Shown: positions 1 through 9,989 of the stretch, piece after piece
Numbering within the stretch: the stretch's first letter is position 1
Layout of the letters: every line of letters starts with the position of its first letter
Source: a bacterium
GTDB taxonomy: Bacteria; UBA8248
DNA: 64,000 bases
Reading direction: 5' to 3'
Assembly: GCA_965213625.1 (NCBI GenBank)
Contig: CBDBZU010000004.1
Location: 2,560,001-2,624,000 of the forward strand
Program-made: the position numbers and the translations under genes
Notes under the pieces: generated by a model
The model's database searches: none
Seen by the model: only the letters and a program-made list of their open reading frames with translations
Told to the model about the DNA's origin: nothing

Positions 1-424
1 TTTTGAGGAGACAGGAAAGCGGCTGGGATTTCGCGAGGTTTTCAGAACGAGAGGCGAAGAATCTTTCCGCTCATTGGAAAATAATTTGTTGCGCGAGCAT
101 CTTGGTCAAGCGAATCTCGTTCTTGCGCTCGGCGGTGGAACGCCGATGTCGCCGGGTGTAGATTCTCTGCTTGCTCCCCATTGTGTGGTTTTTCTCCAGG
201 CGCCGGAGAATGAAATCATCGAGAGGGTACGTGCCGATGGCTGGCCCGCCTATTTGGAAAACGAGGCGGATCCGGAAGAAGCGTTGCGTCTGCTTTTCAA
301 AAAGCGCGTTCCGCGTTATGAAGAACTCGCGAAATTGATCGTGGAGAACACGTGCGCGCCTGAGGAGGTCGTCGCGGCGATTCTGCCTGAAATACGCGTG
401 CTTTTGTCGAAGATTGAAACGTAG
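1..424 (+). CDS. aroK: Shikimate kinase (5'-truncated by the window edge)
   Basis: Frame is open from base 2 (..[16 protein letters not shown]..). It contains VLALGGG and R..Y motifs and lies directly upstream of aroC. Confidence 0.85.
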   Translation, partial: FEETGKRLGFREVFRTRGEESFRSLENNLLREHLGQANLVLALGGGTPMSPGVDSLLAPHCVVFLQAPENEIIERVRADGWPAYLENEADPEEALRLLFKKRVPRYEELAKLIVENTCAPEEVVAAILPEIRVLLSKIET

Positions 425-435
425 AAAGGGAAATC

Positions 436-1518
436 GTGTCGAACACGTTTGGCCGTTTGTTTCGTTTTACAACTTGGGGTGAGTCCCACGGCCCCGCTCT
501 GGGCGTCGTGGTGGACGGCTGTCCTGCAGGTCTGCCGCTGGAAGAATCCGACCTCCAGCGGGATTTGGACCGTAGGCGGCCGGGCCAGAGCCGGGTGACG
601 ACCCAGCGAAAAGAAGAGGACCGGGCGGAGATTTTATCCGGCGTCTTTGAAGGCATGACGACCGGGCATCCCATCTCGGTTCTCATTCGGAACAAAGACG
701 CCGATTCGAGTAAATATGAACCCTTGCGCAACTTGTTTCGACCGGGACACGCGGATTTCACCTACATCAAGAAATGGGGGATACGTGACCATCGAGGCGG
801 TGGGCGTTCCAGCGCGCGGGAGACGGCCGCACGCGTTGCTGCGGGAGCGATAGCCAAGAAACTCCTCGCCCGCCTCGGCATATCGATAATGGGCTACGTC
901 GATCAGGTGGGAGAAGTTCGCTGGGATGGTGCTCATTTCGACGCAGACGAGATAGAGCGGAACATCGTTCGCTGTCCAGATCCAGAAACGGCGTCCCGGA
1001 TGGAGGCGGCCATCCTCGAGGCCCGAAAGGCGGGCGATTCGGTAGGCGGGGCTATCACCATTCAGGCCGATGGCGTTCCCGCTGGTTGGGGAGAGCCGCT
1101 ATATGGGCGCCTAGACTCGGATCTTGCGGCGGCGATGATGAGCATCAACGCGGTGAAAGGAGTGGAAATCGGCTCCGGCTTCCGGGCCGCCGGGATGCGA
1201 GGTTCCGAGAACAACGATCCGTTCGAGATGAAAAACGGCGAGCCGGGGGTGAGGACGAACAACGCGGGCGGAATTTTGGGCGGCATATCCTCGGGCGCGC
1301 CCGTGGTGGTTCGCTTCGCGGTAAAGCCCACTTCCTCCATTTTGATTGAGCAGGACACGGTGACGTCGTCAGGTGAGAAAACGACTGTGAAGGTAGAGGG
1401 ACGGCACGACCCCTGTGTGGCGACACGGGCGGTGCCCATCGGCGAGGCGATGATGGCGCTCGTTTTGGCGGATCATTGGCGTCTCGGCTTAGGGAGCCGC
1501 ATCGGCGAGCCCGGTTGA
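436..1518 (+). CDS. aroC: Chorismate synthase
   Basis: TWGESHG, RPGHAD, RSSARET and GRHDPC signatures. Confidence 0.98.
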   Translation: MSNTFGRLFRFTTWGESHGPALGVVVDGCPAGLPLEESDLQRDLDRRRPGQSRVTTQRKEEDRAEILSGVFEGMTTGHPISVLIRNKDADSSKYEPLRNLFRPGHADFTYIKKWGIRDHRGGGRSSARETAARVAAGAIAKKLLARLGISIMGYVDQVGEVRWDGAHFDADEIERNIVRCPDPETASRMEAAILEARKAGDSVGGAITIQADGVPAGWGEPLYGRLDSDLAAAMMSINAVKGVEIGSGFRAAGMRGSENNDPFEMKNGEPGVRTNNAGGILGGISSGAPVVVRFAVKPTSSILIEQDTVTSSGEKTTVKVEGRHDPCVATRAVPIGEAMMALVLADHWRLGLGSRIGEPG

Positions 1519-1661
1519 GCGCTGTTGAAAGTAAAAATCATCGGATTCTTGGCATTAGCGAGTTTATGCGTCGCAGAGAGTGCCATCTATCTACGTTTTA
1601 TAGGGCAAGGGTTATCGGTTAGAGTCATTACAATTGTTTCCGTTTCTCCATGGAGTGCGTC

Positions 1662-2459
1662 ATGAAACTCGGGGTCGTGGGTCTTGGCGTCATAGGCCAG
1701 GCCGTGGTGAAGGCCGTGGATGAAGGGAAAATACCCGTCGATATACCTGTCGCCGCGACTCGAACGCTCGAAAAAGTGGAAGATTTTCTGGCGAGTCTTA
1801 ATAATCCGCCGCGCATGATGGACCTTACGAGCGTGGCGCAAGAAGCGGACGTCGTAATGGAAGCCTCGGGCGGAGAAACCGTAGAGGTGATTTGCCATGA
1901 GAGTTTCGCGCGAGGGAAAGACGTAATCATCAACTCTGTTGGCGCGCTTCTCGAACGGGATGATTTGATCGAAGAGGCGAAGCGGGGAGGTTCCCGTATA
2001 TTTGTTCCCTCGGGCGCCATCATCGGTTTGGACGGTCTCAAGGGCGCTTCGGCCGGCAGGATGGAATCCGTCACCATGACGACGAGAAAACCGCCCGAAA
2101 GCCTGAAAGGCGCCCCCTATATCGAAACCCAGGGTATTGACCTCGACGCCATCGATGCACCGACGGTGATTTTTGAGGGTAATCCCTTGGAAGCATGCAA
2201 AGCGTTTCCGGCGAACGTGAACGTATCCGCCGCCGTAAGCTTCGCGGGAATCGGGCCGCTCAGGACGAAACTGCGGATCGTGTGCGACCCCACGGTCAAT
2301 CGGAATATCCACGAGGTCGAAGCAGTGGGAGAATTCGGGCGTTCCTTTATCCGTATTGAAAACGTGCCGTCTGTAAATTATCGAACGGGTATATTGACGT
2401 ATCTCTCGACATTTTCCTTCCTCAGAGATCGAACATCCACATTGATTGTCGGCACCTAG
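1662..2459 (+). CDS. nadX: L-aspartate dehydrogenase
   Basis: GLGVIG Rossmann motif; SVGAL, PSGAIIGLD, RKPP, FPANVNV and NIHE motifs. Start placed at MKLGVVG after GGAG. Confidence 0.85.
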   Translation: MKLGVVGLGVIGQAVVKAVDEGKIPVDIPVAATRTLEKVEDFLASLNNPPRMMDLTSVAQEADVVMEASGGETVEVICHESFARGKDVIINSVGALLERDDLIEEAKRGGSRIFVPSGAIIGLDGLKGASAGRMESVTMTTRKPPESLKGAPYIETQGIDLDAIDAPTVIFEGNPLEACKAFPANVNVSAAVSFAGIGPLRTKLRIVCDPTVNRNIHEVEAVGEFGRSFIRIENVPSVNYRTGILTYLSTFSFLRDRTSTLIVGT

Positions 2460-2489
2460 CAGTTTGACGCGCGGTGCCTGAACGGAGGT

Positions 2490-3479
2490 GTGTATTTGAA
2501 CCAGAACGTCGTTTTTTTCGTGCCCGAGACGCGCGCGCCCATTGAGTCGCTGCGAAACATGCTGAAGCCGCATGGCGAGTTTCGCGACGGCGGCCACCGG
2601 AAGTGGAGCGAAGACGAATTGGTGCGCGATGCTCATGAATGGGACGCCCTGCTGGTAACTTCAAGAGAGCAAATCACGGAGCGGGTAATCGAAGCCGGCA
2701 CGCGCCTGAAACTCATCGCCAAGATCGGCGTGGGCGTTGAGAACATCGATATCCCTGCGGCGACAAAGCGAAAAATTCCGGTCACGAACTGCCCGGGCGC
2801 GAATGCCGTCGCCGTGGCGGAGGCGGCTCTGGGCCTGATGCTGGCCGCGAGCCGACGGATTCCCCAGGGAATGGAAAAGCTGCGAGAAGGGGGTTGGCGC
2901 GAGGGAATCTGGATCTCCAACGAAATGAGCGGAGCGACGTTCGGCATCGTCGGCTTCGGGAACATCGGGCGGGAACTGGCCAGGCTCCTGTCCGGCTTTC
3001 AGGGTCGCATTCTGGCGTATGACGCGTTCGTGCGCGATGAGGCGATACGCGAGGCGGGTGTAGAGCCGGTGGATTTGGATCGGTTGACGAGTGAATCGGA
3101 TTTCATATCGGTCCATTGCAGTTTGACGCCCGAAACGCGCCACATGTTCGATGCCAAACGGTTTCGGATGATGAAAAAATCGGCGGTGCTCGTGAACTGC
3201 GCGCGTGGAGCGATTATCGATGAGGCCGCGCTGGTACACGCGCTCAGGGAAGGGGAAATCTGCTCGGCCGGCATCGATGTTTTCGAGGAAGAACCCCCGA
3301 AGTCGGATAATCCGCTTTTCGATTTAACGAACGCCGTAGTGACGCCGCATTTCGCCGGCGCGAGCCACGAGGCGCGAGAGCGCGTGAATCGGCTGGCCGG
3401 CGAGAACGTGCTGGCTGTCATGAGGGGAGTGCGGGTGAATCCCGTGACGTTGCTCAACCCCGAGGTCTATGAAAACTGA
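2490..3479 (+). CDS. D-isomer-specific 2-hydroxyacid dehydrogenase (SerA/HprA-like, no ACT domain)
   Basis: GVGVENID, GFGNIG, VNCARG, DVFEEEP and TPH motifs. Confidence 0.85.
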   Translation: MYLNQNVVFFVPETRAPIESLRNMLKPHGEFRDGGHRKWSEDELVRDAHEWDALLVTSREQITERVIEAGTRLKLIAKIGVGVENIDIPAATKRKIPVTNCPGANAVAVAEAALGLMLAASRRIPQGMEKLREGGWREGIWISNEMSGATFGIVGFGNIGRELARLLSGFQGRILAYDAFVRDEAIREAGVEPVDLDRLTSESDFISVHCSLTPETRHMFDAKRFRMMKKSAVLVNCARGAIIDEAALVHALREGEICSAGIDVFEEEPPKSDNPLFDLTNAVVTPHFAGASHEARERVNRLAGENVLAVMRGVRVNPVTLLNPEVYEN

Positions 3480-3607
3480 TTTTGACCTGAAATGGCGCAT
3501 GATTTATTTGTCTCGGAGGCTTGCGCCCATCCGTGTCAGATCACTATACTTGCGCGGTTGCTCAAAACTCCGGGCCTCACAATCCCACAGTGCTGGAGGA
3601 TGTTTTT

Positions 3608-4522
3608 TTGGAAGGCGCAACAGATAAAATTTGGATGGATGGAGAATTCGTCCCCTGGAATGAAGCAAAAATTCATGTCCTCACGCATTCGCTGCACTAC
3701 GGATTGGGGGTATTCGAGGGGATTCGCTGCTATCAGACCGAGCGTGGCTCCGCTATTTTCCGCTTCGAAGAGCACATGCGGAGACTTTATGATTCCGCGC
3801 AGATTGTGGGTCTGGAAGTGCCCGTCACGCAGGATGATTTCACCGAAGCGGTGCTGGAGACGATTCGCACCAACGAGATGAAGGCGTGCTATATCCGCCC
3901 GCTCATCTGGCTCGGTTACGGGTCCATGGGGGTGAACCCCAAAGGGGCGCCCACTCATGCGATGGTTGCAGTCTGGAGTTGGGGAGCCTATCTGGGCGAG
4001 GAGGGCTTGGCCAAAGGCATCCGGGTCAAGGTCTCATCTTTCACGTCTCATCATCCGAACAGCTATATGACGAAGGCGAAAACCACGGGCAACTACGCCG
4101 TCAGCCAGATGGCGAAGCTGGAAGCCGTGGGTGCGGGGTACGATGAGGCGCTTATGCTGGACCCGGAGGGTCTGATAACGCAGGGTTCGGGCGAGAATAT
4201 TTTCATCGTCAGAGACGGCGTGCTCAAGACGCCTCCGCTTCACGGCGTACTGGCGGGCATTACGCGCGACACCATCGTCCAGCTCGCCGATGAGCAGGGT
4301 GTCGAGATGCAGGTCGCACCATTCGCTCGAGATGAAGTCTATGTGGCGGATGAGGCCTTCTTCACCGGCACGGCGGCCGAGGTGACACCCATTCGGGAGG
4401 TGGACGGTAGAATCATCGGTTCGGGAGAGCCTGGTCCGGTAACGAAGAGGATTCAATCCGCATTTTTCGAGATCGTGAACGGGCGCGATGAGAGCAAGCT
4501 CGATTGGCTTACCTTCATTTAA
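3608..4522 (+). CDS. ilvE: Branched-chain amino acid aminotransferase
   Basis: LHYGLGVFEGIR, YIRP, GSGEN, GITR and TGTAAEV motifs. Probable TTG start after GGAGG. Confidence 0.95.
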   Translation: MEGATDKIWMDGEFVPWNEAKIHVLTHSLHYGLGVFEGIRCYQTERGSAIFRFEEHMRRLYDSAQIVGLEVPVTQDDFTEAVLETIRTNEMKACYIRPLIWLGYGSMGVNPKGAPTHAMVAVWSWGAYLGEEGLAKGIRVKVSSFTSHHPNSYMTKAKTTGNYAVSQMAKLEAVGAGYDEALMLDPEGLITQGSGENIFIVRDGVLKTPPLHGVLAGITRDTIVQLADEQGVEMQVAPFARDEVYVADEAFFTGTAAEVTPIREVDGRIIGSGEPGPVTKRIQSAFFEIVNGRDESKLDWLTFI

Positions 4523-4541
4523 CGACGAGGAGATACGAGAA

Positions 4542-4874
4542 GTGCCGATTTACGAATATGAATGCAGCGGATGCGGGGATGAACACGAGGTGATCCAGAG
4601 GATGTCGGATGGCGCCTTGAGAAAATGCCCGAGTTGCGGCGCACTCAGACTCAGACGCAAAATCTCCCGCTCTGCCTTCCACCTCAAGGGCGATGGTTGG
4701 TATGTGACGGACTACGCCTCGAACGGCAAGGGCAAAGAGCAGGACTCTCAGAGCAGCGATTCCGAGTCGAAATCAGAGAGCAAATCAACCGAAAAGAAAG
4801 AAACGGCGGCCTCGAACGGCTCAACTCCGAAGCAGACCAGCACGAAAAAGCCCGAACCGGTAGCTGCAAGTTAG
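4542..4874 (+). CDS. FmdB family zinc-ribbon protein
   Basis: MPIYEYECxxC...CPxC...KGxGWYVTDY followed by a Ser/Lys-rich tail; GTG start. Confidence 0.9.
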   Translation: MPIYEYECSGCGDEHEVIQRMSDGALRKCPSCGALRLRRKISRSAFHLKGDGWYVTDYASNGKGKEQDSQSSDSESKSESKSTEKKETAASNGSTPKQTSTKKPEPVAAS

Positions 4875-5644
4875 TTTTTCGGTAAAAACGCAACCATTCT
4901 AACGATACAGCCGTCACCGCCCGTCCATCGCCAGGGGAATGCGGCCAGCGCGAATCGTTTGCCCACGACCTTGTCGATGTCTCCCCCCACGTTCTCGAAG
5001 CCGACGATTCCATTCCCCAGAAGCGCGCGGTGGCAGGGCTCCCAGTCAGGGAAAGCCTCGCTTGTGGGGCGGTCGAACCGTTGTTCGTATTCCTCGAGAG
5101 TGAACGGACAGATGGGCTGGGGTCCCCATGCGATTTTCGTCCCCAGCGGATGATCGAGCGCCTGTTGGTCTACGCCCACGCCCTTCACGCCGCGTTCCAC
5201 GAACCACTCGCCCGCCTCCTTGTAGAGACCAGGGGAGTAGATGAAGTATTTCGTGTTGTCGCCGTAATATCGGTGCCATCCGGTATGAACGATGACGATG
5301 TCGCCCGGTTGAATCTCCGGCCTTGCGTTTTCAAGGTCCTCGGGCGTAATGACTTCCCATTCCTCTTTTGGAATATCGACGCACACGGCGTTGCCGAAAT
5401 AACTTTGCAGCGGAACTTCATCCATGAACGGCGTACCTTCGATGACGTGCGCAGGAGCGTCGGTGTGGGTCGTGCAGTGCATGAATGTGGTGATTTGCTG
5501 ACTCAAGACCTGGCTTTTGGCGTGATAGTGAAATCTTTCGATCTTGACATCAGGAAAGTAGGGCCAAAGCGGGGCGCCATGCCCCCAGGGGTGGCTCAAG
5601 TCGATAATCTCGTAATCATCCAGACGGTCCGTGTCGATTATCAT
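4871..5644 (-). CDS. Cyclase family (KynB-like) metal-dependent hydrolase
   Basis: DLSHP, HxxTHxDAPxH, VHTGW and GVGVD motifs. Confidence 0.85.
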   Translation of the reverse strand: MIIDTDRLDDYEIIDLSHPWGHGAPLWPYFPDVKIERFHYHAKSQVLSQQITTFMHCTTHTDAPAHVIEGTPFMDEVPLQSYFGNAVCVDIPKEEWEVITPEDLENARPEIQPGDIVIVHTGWHRYYGDNTKYFIYSPGLYKEAGEWFVERGVKGVGVDQQALDHPLGTKIAWGPQPICPFTLEEYEQRFDRPTSEAFPDWEPCHRALLGNGIVGFENVGGDIDKVVGKRFALAAFPWRWTGGDGCIVRMVAFLPKN

Positions 5645-5773
5645 GGTATATTCGTCCTTCCACGAAAGATGTGATGGGTTTGATGACTATGGGTTCAAGC
5701 GAAATGTAGCAAAGATTCGAATACGCCGCCATGAATACGTGCTTTACGCGGCGATGACAAAGAAAGGAATGAC

Positions 5774-6010
5774 GTGGAAACGCATGAATGCCCCGCATGC
5801 GGCTTGCGATTTCGGCATGCGAACCCCAATGCGTGTACCGCCTGCAGCCGGGTGCATTGCCGCAACTGTCTCAAGGTGTTCAGGGACGAAATGGAAGAAG
5901 AACCGGAGGGGCGCTTTATCGTTTTGTGTCCCGAGTGTGAGGATTCCATCTCCTGGCGAGTGGAAGCACAGGAGGTATCGGCGTCGAGCTGGTCGGAATA
6001 CGGTGGATGA
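5774..6010 (+). CDS. Small Cys-rich putative zinc-finger protein
   Basis: Four CxxC pairs in 78 aa; AAGGAA SD before the GTG start. Confidence 0.65.
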   Translation: METHECPACGLRFRHANPNACTACSRVHCRNCLKVFRDEMEEEPEGRFIVLCPECEDSISWRVEAQEVSASSWSEYGG

Positions 6011-6085
6011 GTCTCGCACGAAGCGAAAATGCGTTACGCATCTTGCCAGAAGGCATGAGGAGACGCTAAGTTACATCTTCTTTCT

Positions 6086-6172
6086 GCCGGAGTGGCGGAA
6101 TTGGTAGACGCAGTGGACTCAAAATCCACCGGGGGCAACCCCTTGCCGGTTCGAGTCCGGCCTCCGGCACCA
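6086..6172 (+). tRNA. tRNA-Leu(CAA)
   Basis: GCCGGAG acceptor stem, GGCGGAATTGGTAGACGC D arm, GTGGA-CTCAAAA-TCCAC anticodon arm, long variable arm, GGTTCGAGTCC, encoded CCA. Confidence 0.97.
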
Positions 6173-6219
6173 ACTTGCGTTTTTTCAAAATGGATTTTCG
6201 ATAGGACAAGAAAGTCTCC

Positions 6220-7332
6220 ATGCGCGTACCCCTTTATGACTTGAAAGCTCAAAACGGACCGCTCAATGCCCAGATGATGACTGCGGTCGAAAGAGTAATG
6301 TCCCACCAGAGGTTCGTCATGGGTGAGGAGATTGGCGCTTTCGAGGACGAAATGGCGGCCTATTGTAGTGCCGGTCACGCCGTCGCCGTTTCTTCGGGTA
6401 CGGATGCTCTGCTCCTGGCATTGATGGCGAACGACGTAAGACCAGGCGATGAAATTATCACCTCGGCGTTCACGTTTTTCGCCACGGCGGGCGTCATCCA
6501 TCGCCTGGGTGCTAAGACGGTGTTCGTGGATATCGACCCCGACACGTTCAATCTCGCGCCTGAACTTCTCGAAGAGGCCATCACGCCCAAAACGAAAGGG
6601 GTCATACCCGTTCATATGTATGGCCGTTGCGCCCCGATGACGGAGATTCTCGCAATAGCCGAAAGAAATGGGATTTTCGTGGTGGAAGACGCTGCCCAGG
6701 CCGTCGGCGCGCAGTTGAATCTGGGGATGGCCGGCGCCATCGGAGATGCGGGCTGTCTATCGTTTTATCCCACAAAAAACCTGAGCGCGCTTGGCGATGC
6801 AGGCATGGTTTTGGCCAAAGACGGCGCGCTGGCCGAGCGCATGAGGAAGCTCAGGATTCATGGTTCGCCCGACAATTCCGAGTATGACGAGGTGGGCGGG
6901 AATTTCAGAATGGATACGATGCAGGCGGCGTTTTTGTCCGTCAAACTAAATCGCTTGGAAGAGTGGAACGCAAAGAGGCGGGAAAACGCTCGAAAATATC
7001 ATGAAAGGTTCGAGGCGGGCGGGATTATCGGGGAGCGCTTCAGGCCGCCTTTGATTCCAGGTGTAGGCCATGTGTTTCACCAATATGTCGTTCGCACACC
7101 CGAGAGGGACGCGCTACAGGAACATTTGTCCCAAAATGGCGTCGGTAGCGCCGTTTATTATTCCTCTCCTTTACATCTTCATCCCTGTTTTGATGGGTAT
7201 GGGCAGGGGGATTTTCCCGAGAGCGAGGCTGCAGCGGCCCAGGTATTATCGCTTCCCGTCTATCCGGAATTGCCGGATGAGGACCTCGATTTTGTTTCGG
7301 AAACGGTGATTCAGTTTTTCAGTGTTAGATAG
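6220..7332 (+). CDS. DegT/DnrJ/EryC1/StrS PLP-dependent sugar aminotransferase
   Basis: SGTDAL, PVHMYG, EDAAQA and SFYPTKNL motifs. Confidence 0.93.
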   Translation: MRVPLYDLKAQNGPLNAQMMTAVERVMSHQRFVMGEEIGAFEDEMAAYCSAGHAVAVSSGTDALLLALMANDVRPGDEIITSAFTFFATAGVIHRLGAKTVFVDIDPDTFNLAPELLEEAITPKTKGVIPVHMYGRCAPMTEILAIAERNGIFVVEDAAQAVGAQLNLGMAGAIGDAGCLSFYPTKNLSALGDAGMVLAKDGALAERMRKLRIHGSPDNSEYDEVGGNFRMDTMQAAFLSVKLNRLEEWNAKRRENARKYHERFEAGGIIGERFRPPLIPGVGHVFHQYVVRTPERDALQEHLSQNGVGSAVYYSSPLHLHPCFDGYGQGDFPESEAAAAQVLSLPVYPELPDEDLDFVSETVIQFFSVR

Positions 7333-7676
7333 AGCAGAGCGAGAAGAAGTCCCGCTACCCCGAACCAGAGGATCTTGCCTTCTGTTTTGAGGTAGCTCCT
7401 CCATTCCTTCCTGTCGTCTTCGGTGAATGGTTCCCTGCGCGTGCCGTCATCGTGCGGGCCGGTGATCTCCTGATACAAATCCTTTTCCCGCGGTGTGGCT
7501 GATTCTTGTTTCTGGCGGTTTTGCGCCGTCCAGTTCAAAAGGGCGAAATAGGCGAGAAAAACGGTTATCGTCAAAAGCCCCGTTATTCGTGCGGCAGTGT
7601 GATCTCCGAATATCCAACTCCCGATTCCCACGCCTAGAATGACGAGAAGAAAAACCGGGGAACAACCGGTGAGCAT
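7311..7676 (-). CDS. Hypothetical membrane protein
   Basis: Three hydrophobic segments; GGAG SD; follows plsY. Confidence 0.6.
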   Translation of the reverse strand: MLTGCSPVFLLVILGVGIGSWIFGDHTAARITGLLTITVFLAYFALLNWTAQNRQKQESATPREKDLYQEITGPHDDGTRREPFTEDDRKEWRSYLKTEGKILWFGVAGLLLALLYLTLKN

Positions 7677-7733
7677 GTTTTCTCCAATTGTTTAAGAATG
7701 ATGATTCTCGGTCATCTGATATCTATTAACGCC

Positions 7734-8342
7734 TTAATCCTTTTTCTGCCCGATGCGATTTTCCTCTCCCCGCAACAATCGTCCGATGTTGTCCTGATGT
7801 TTCCAAATCACCAACGAGGAGATGAGAGCGGAAGAGGCGCACACCGCTGTGGAGTAGCTCATCCAAACGCCGGCGAGCGGCACCGCCGCCGCGGCGAGCA
7901 TGGAGCCGAGAGAGACATAACGCGTCACGGACACCACAAGTATAAATGCCAGTGCGGCGATAGCAGTTGGCCCCGGAGTCAGGAGGGCGAAGACGCCCAG
8001 GCCGGTAGCCACGCCCTTGCCCCCGCGAAACCCGGTAAACGGCGAATACATGTGTCCGAGCACCGCCGCAAGAGCGGCGATGGGCTCCAGATCGGGGGCA
8101 GAGACGAGCGAGGCCGCATAACGGGCGAAAAGGATGGCTGCAACGCCTTTCAGCACATCGAGCAGAAGGGTGAGAACACCGCTTTTCCAGCCACTCGTTC
8201 TTAGTACGTTTGTCGCGCCGATGTTGCCGCTTCCCGATTTTCGCGGGTCTTCGGCACCAAGTAATCGAGTAATCAGTACTCCGAAGGGAATGGCCCCCAG
8301 GAATCCGCTGACCAGGGTGACGAGAAAATAAGCGCTTATCAA
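7734..8342 (-). CDS. plsY: Glycerol-3-phosphate acyltransferase
   Basis: GSGNIGATN, LDVLKG, GH..FRGGKGVAT and KHQDNI motifs. Confidence 0.97.
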   Translation of the reverse strand: MISAYFLVTLVSGFLGAIPFGVLITRLLGAEDPRKSGSGNIGATNVLRTSGWKSGVLTLLLDVLKGVAAILFARYAASLVSAPDLEPIAALAAVLGHMYSPFTGFRGGKGVATGLGVFALLTPGPTAIAALAFILVVSVTRYVSLGSMLAAAAVPLAGVWMSYSTAVCASSALISSLVIWKHQDNIGRLLRGEENRIGQKKD

Positions 8343-8953
8343 GAGATAGCTCGGATAATTTGTCGAAAATAATCAACTGCAGAAACCACCGCCGCTATCA
8401 TGGCGGCCCAAATCAAAATGGTGCCGAGCGGAGGAAAAATGCTCAGGATGAGGAAAAAAATCGCCGCGACCTCCAGGCCCATCTTGATTTTGCCGAGAAG
8501 GCCTGCCGGCACCACCAGACCACGACGCAGGGCCACAGCGCGAAAGGCTGTCACTATGAGCTCCCGGCCGAGCAGAATGCCTACGACCCAGGCGTCCACT
8601 TTTCCTAGCGATACGAGGGGGATTAAAGCAGCGACGATGAGCAGCTTGTCGGCCACGGGGTCGAGAATCTCACCCAGAGGGGTAACCTGGTCGCGTGTTC
8701 TTGCCAGGTGACCGTCGAGCCAGTCCGTAAAGGCCGCCATGACGAACAGGCCGGCCGCGAAGTATTGTGCGGGGGGGGAACCCTGGAGCAAGAACATGAC
8801 GAGCAATGGGACCATCAGGATGCGGGCGAGGGTCAGACTGTTGGCGAGCGTGAATTTTTCTCCGGTTCCACTCGCGATAAGGCGTGAAGCCGCCTCTCGC
8901 CAGCCGGCGGGTGAAGCGTCGGATTTTTCTTGCTTCGCCTTGGACATCGTCAA
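8339..8953 (-). CDS. pgsA: CDP-diacylglycerol--glycerol-3-phosphate 3-phosphatidyltransferase
   Basis: NSLTLAR and TDWLDGHLAR..G..LDPVADK motifs. Confidence 0.93.
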   Translation of the reverse strand: MTMSKAKQEKSDASPAGWREAASRLIASGTGEKFTLANSLTLARILMVPLLVMFLLQGSPPAQYFAAGLFVMAAFTDWLDGHLARTRDQVTPLGEILDPVADKLLIVAALIPLVSLGKVDAWVVGILLGRELIVTAFRAVALRRGLVVPAGLLGKIKMGLEVAAIFFLILSIFPPLGTILIWAAMIAAVVSAVDYFRQIIRAIS

Positions 8954-9939
8954 CTCAGGAAATCATGCAGTGTCTCGTGACTGCTCTCCGCACGAAAGCG
9001 ATTGATTACTTTTTTTTCAATTTGCCTGATTCTTTCGCGCGATAATCCAAGTTTGTTCCCGATTTCTTCGAGCGTCATCGCCTCTCCGTCGAAGCCGTAG
9101 CGCATACGGATGATGTCTCGTTCTCTGGGGTCGAGTTCGGCTAGCAAGTCTTCCACCTCTTCCTCCAGAGAGTGTTGCACCACGTTATCCTCTACGGATA
9201 CGGCGCTCTGCTCTTCGAGTAAATCAAGGTAGCTGGTGTCGTCGTCGGGCGAGATGGTGGCGTCTAGAGAAAGATAATTCCGATTCGCGCGTATGAGTTT
9301 CTCGATGTCCGTCACTTTTATGTTCAATCGTTCGGACAACTCGGACGTCGAGGGTTCTCGCTTGAATTCCTGCCGGAGCTTTTCGTACATGATGGAAATT
9401 TTATGCAGTAGACCGGCCTGTTTAACGGGCAGCCGGACGGTGCTTCTCTGATCCGCCAAGGCGTGCATGATGCTTTGGCGAATCCACCATACAGCGTAGG
9501 TGATCAGTTTTACGCCGCGTTCCGGGTCGAAGCGTTTGATTGCATTGATCAACCCGATATTCCCTTCATTTATCAAATCCTCGAGTGAAAGCCCGAAGCC
9601 CTTGTAGCGGTTCGCCACACTGACGACATATCTCAAATTCGAGCGAACGAGTGTATTGAATGCTTCTTCATTCCCATCTCTTGCCGCGAGGGCGAGTGCG
9701 TGTTCTTCATCGCGCTTGAGAATAGAATGGGCTCCGATGTTTCTCAGATAGAGGGAAAGTGTATCGGCTGTTGGAGGAGAGGACGTGTCTTCTTCAGAAT
9801 TGCCTGGTGATTCGGAGAACGTAGGCGCATCTTCAGTATCACCTGAAGTGTGGGGAGACCTCTTTTTCGAATCAGGAATATCACTGCGTTCAACAGGGGA
9901 TTTTCTGTCTTCAGACTCGCCTTCGTTCGGCTCAGACAT
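8950..9939 (-). CDS. Sigma-70 family RNA polymerase sigma factor (RpoD/RpoS-like, lacks region 1.1)
   Basis: LYLRNI, NLRYVVSVA, DLINEGNIGL, TYAVWWIRQ and TLEEIG..LSRERIRQIE motifs. Confidence 0.93.
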   Translation of the reverse strand: MSEPNEGESEDRKSPVERSDIPDSKKRSPHTSGDTEDAPTFSESPGNSEEDTSSPPTADTLSLYLRNIGAHSILKRDEEHALALAARDGNEEAFNTLVRSNLRYVVSVANRYKGFGLSLEDLINEGNIGLINAIKRFDPERGVKLITYAVWWIRQSIMHALADQRSTVRLPVKQAGLLHKISIMYEKLRQEFKREPSTSELSERLNIKVTDIEKLIRANRNYLSLDATISPDDDTSYLDLLEEQSAVSVEDNVVQHSLEEEVEDLLAELDPRERDIIRMRYGFDGEAMTLEEIGNKLGLSRERIRQIEKKVINRFRAESSHETLHDFLS

Positions 9940-9989
9940 CGAGAATTACTCGCATGTGAGTAGGAATTTGGAACAACTTGGGGAGCAAA

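Noticed and set aside
6086-6220. tRNA-Leu as an island integration site
   Set aside because: No integrase and no duplicated tRNA 3' end seen in the window.
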